A stretch of DNA of 64,000 nucleotides from assembly GCA_951406725.2 (NCBI GenBank), contig OX597834.1, forward strand, positions 5,332,001 through 5,396,000, read 5' to 3'. Of the stretch, positions 63,448 through 64,000 are shown piece after piece. The translations under genes and the position numbers were made by a program. This DNA is from Octopus vulgaris. Its lineage: Eukaryota. How positions within the stretch are numbered: the stretch's first letter is position 1; each line of letters begins with the position of its first letter. The notes beneath the pieces are model-generated. The model was given only the letters and a program-made list of their open reading frames with translations. It ran no database searches and had not been told where the DNA came from.

Positions 63448-64000
63448 TATAAAATATTCCCTCATTTGAAGAAAAACTAATAGAGATAGAGACATTTGCT
63501 CCTGAATATTCGATATATTTATGTAACTTAAAAATTTGGAAATTCATTCAAAGCTTTCATTTTCTCCATCCTGTATTTATTGCAAATCAAAGTAATTTTC
63601 ACAACAAATTGCGGGTTTTAAATCTGCTATCCCCATGACTCAGAATTTTTATGAAATTGTTATGTGCACGTGGCAAATTTTGTAGAGACACTTAGAAACT
63701 TCCCATTAGATAGAGATCTCGAACAATTAAAGTCTGAAAATTAATGACGTTTCAAATTGCTTTTAAGCAAAGGGAACCAATATTGAAAACTCCATACACT
63801 CTCTATAGTCATGAAAATAACAAAAGGGTCTAGGCTTCGTCATGCACAGTAAAATTTATTTAGTTTCTGTGGAATTGTTGATTATGTATTTTGTGGAAAT
63901 ATTCCCATGTAGATAGTATTGATTCAATACTTAATGAAGTATACTTCTTTTTCAATTACTAATATCACCAGATTCTCTCTCTCCAATTCCTACCACGTTA

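Overview
AT-rich, microsatellite-dense eukaryotic DNA. I could not support any host protein-coding exon, so the window is probably intronic or intergenic. The tRNA-derived SINE families resemble the octopus OK/OR1/OR2 SINEs, so an Octopus-type cephalopod genome is inferred, not proven. The window is a mosaic of transposon debris: about 20 copies of SINE A; two SINE B subfamilies with a shared head and different tails; a third SINE; a near-complete DD34D mariner plus two deleted mariners; two maT-type (DD37D family) remnants; GGATC-ended MITEs with 8-bp TSDs; a Helitron helicase remnant and a non-autonomous Helitron; RTE, HERO-like and Gypsy fragments; and a young L1/Tx1-like 3' end inserted in a (TATC)n tract. 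The main hidden signal is RNA structure. About 15 type-I hammerhead ribozyme motifs (about 7 near-canonical, the rest variant or decayed) from roughly 8-9 unrelated sequence families lie in short, mostly (TA)n-adjacent elements. Several of these elements have direct or inverted terminal redundancy, as in Penelope pLTRs or retrozymes. Most have a self-complementary stem III of 4-12 nt. One is a perfect 132-bp palindrome that encodes a complete hammerhead on both strands. Most ORFs in the supplied track are microsatellite or SINE artefacts. Coordinates were read by eye and may be off by a few bases.
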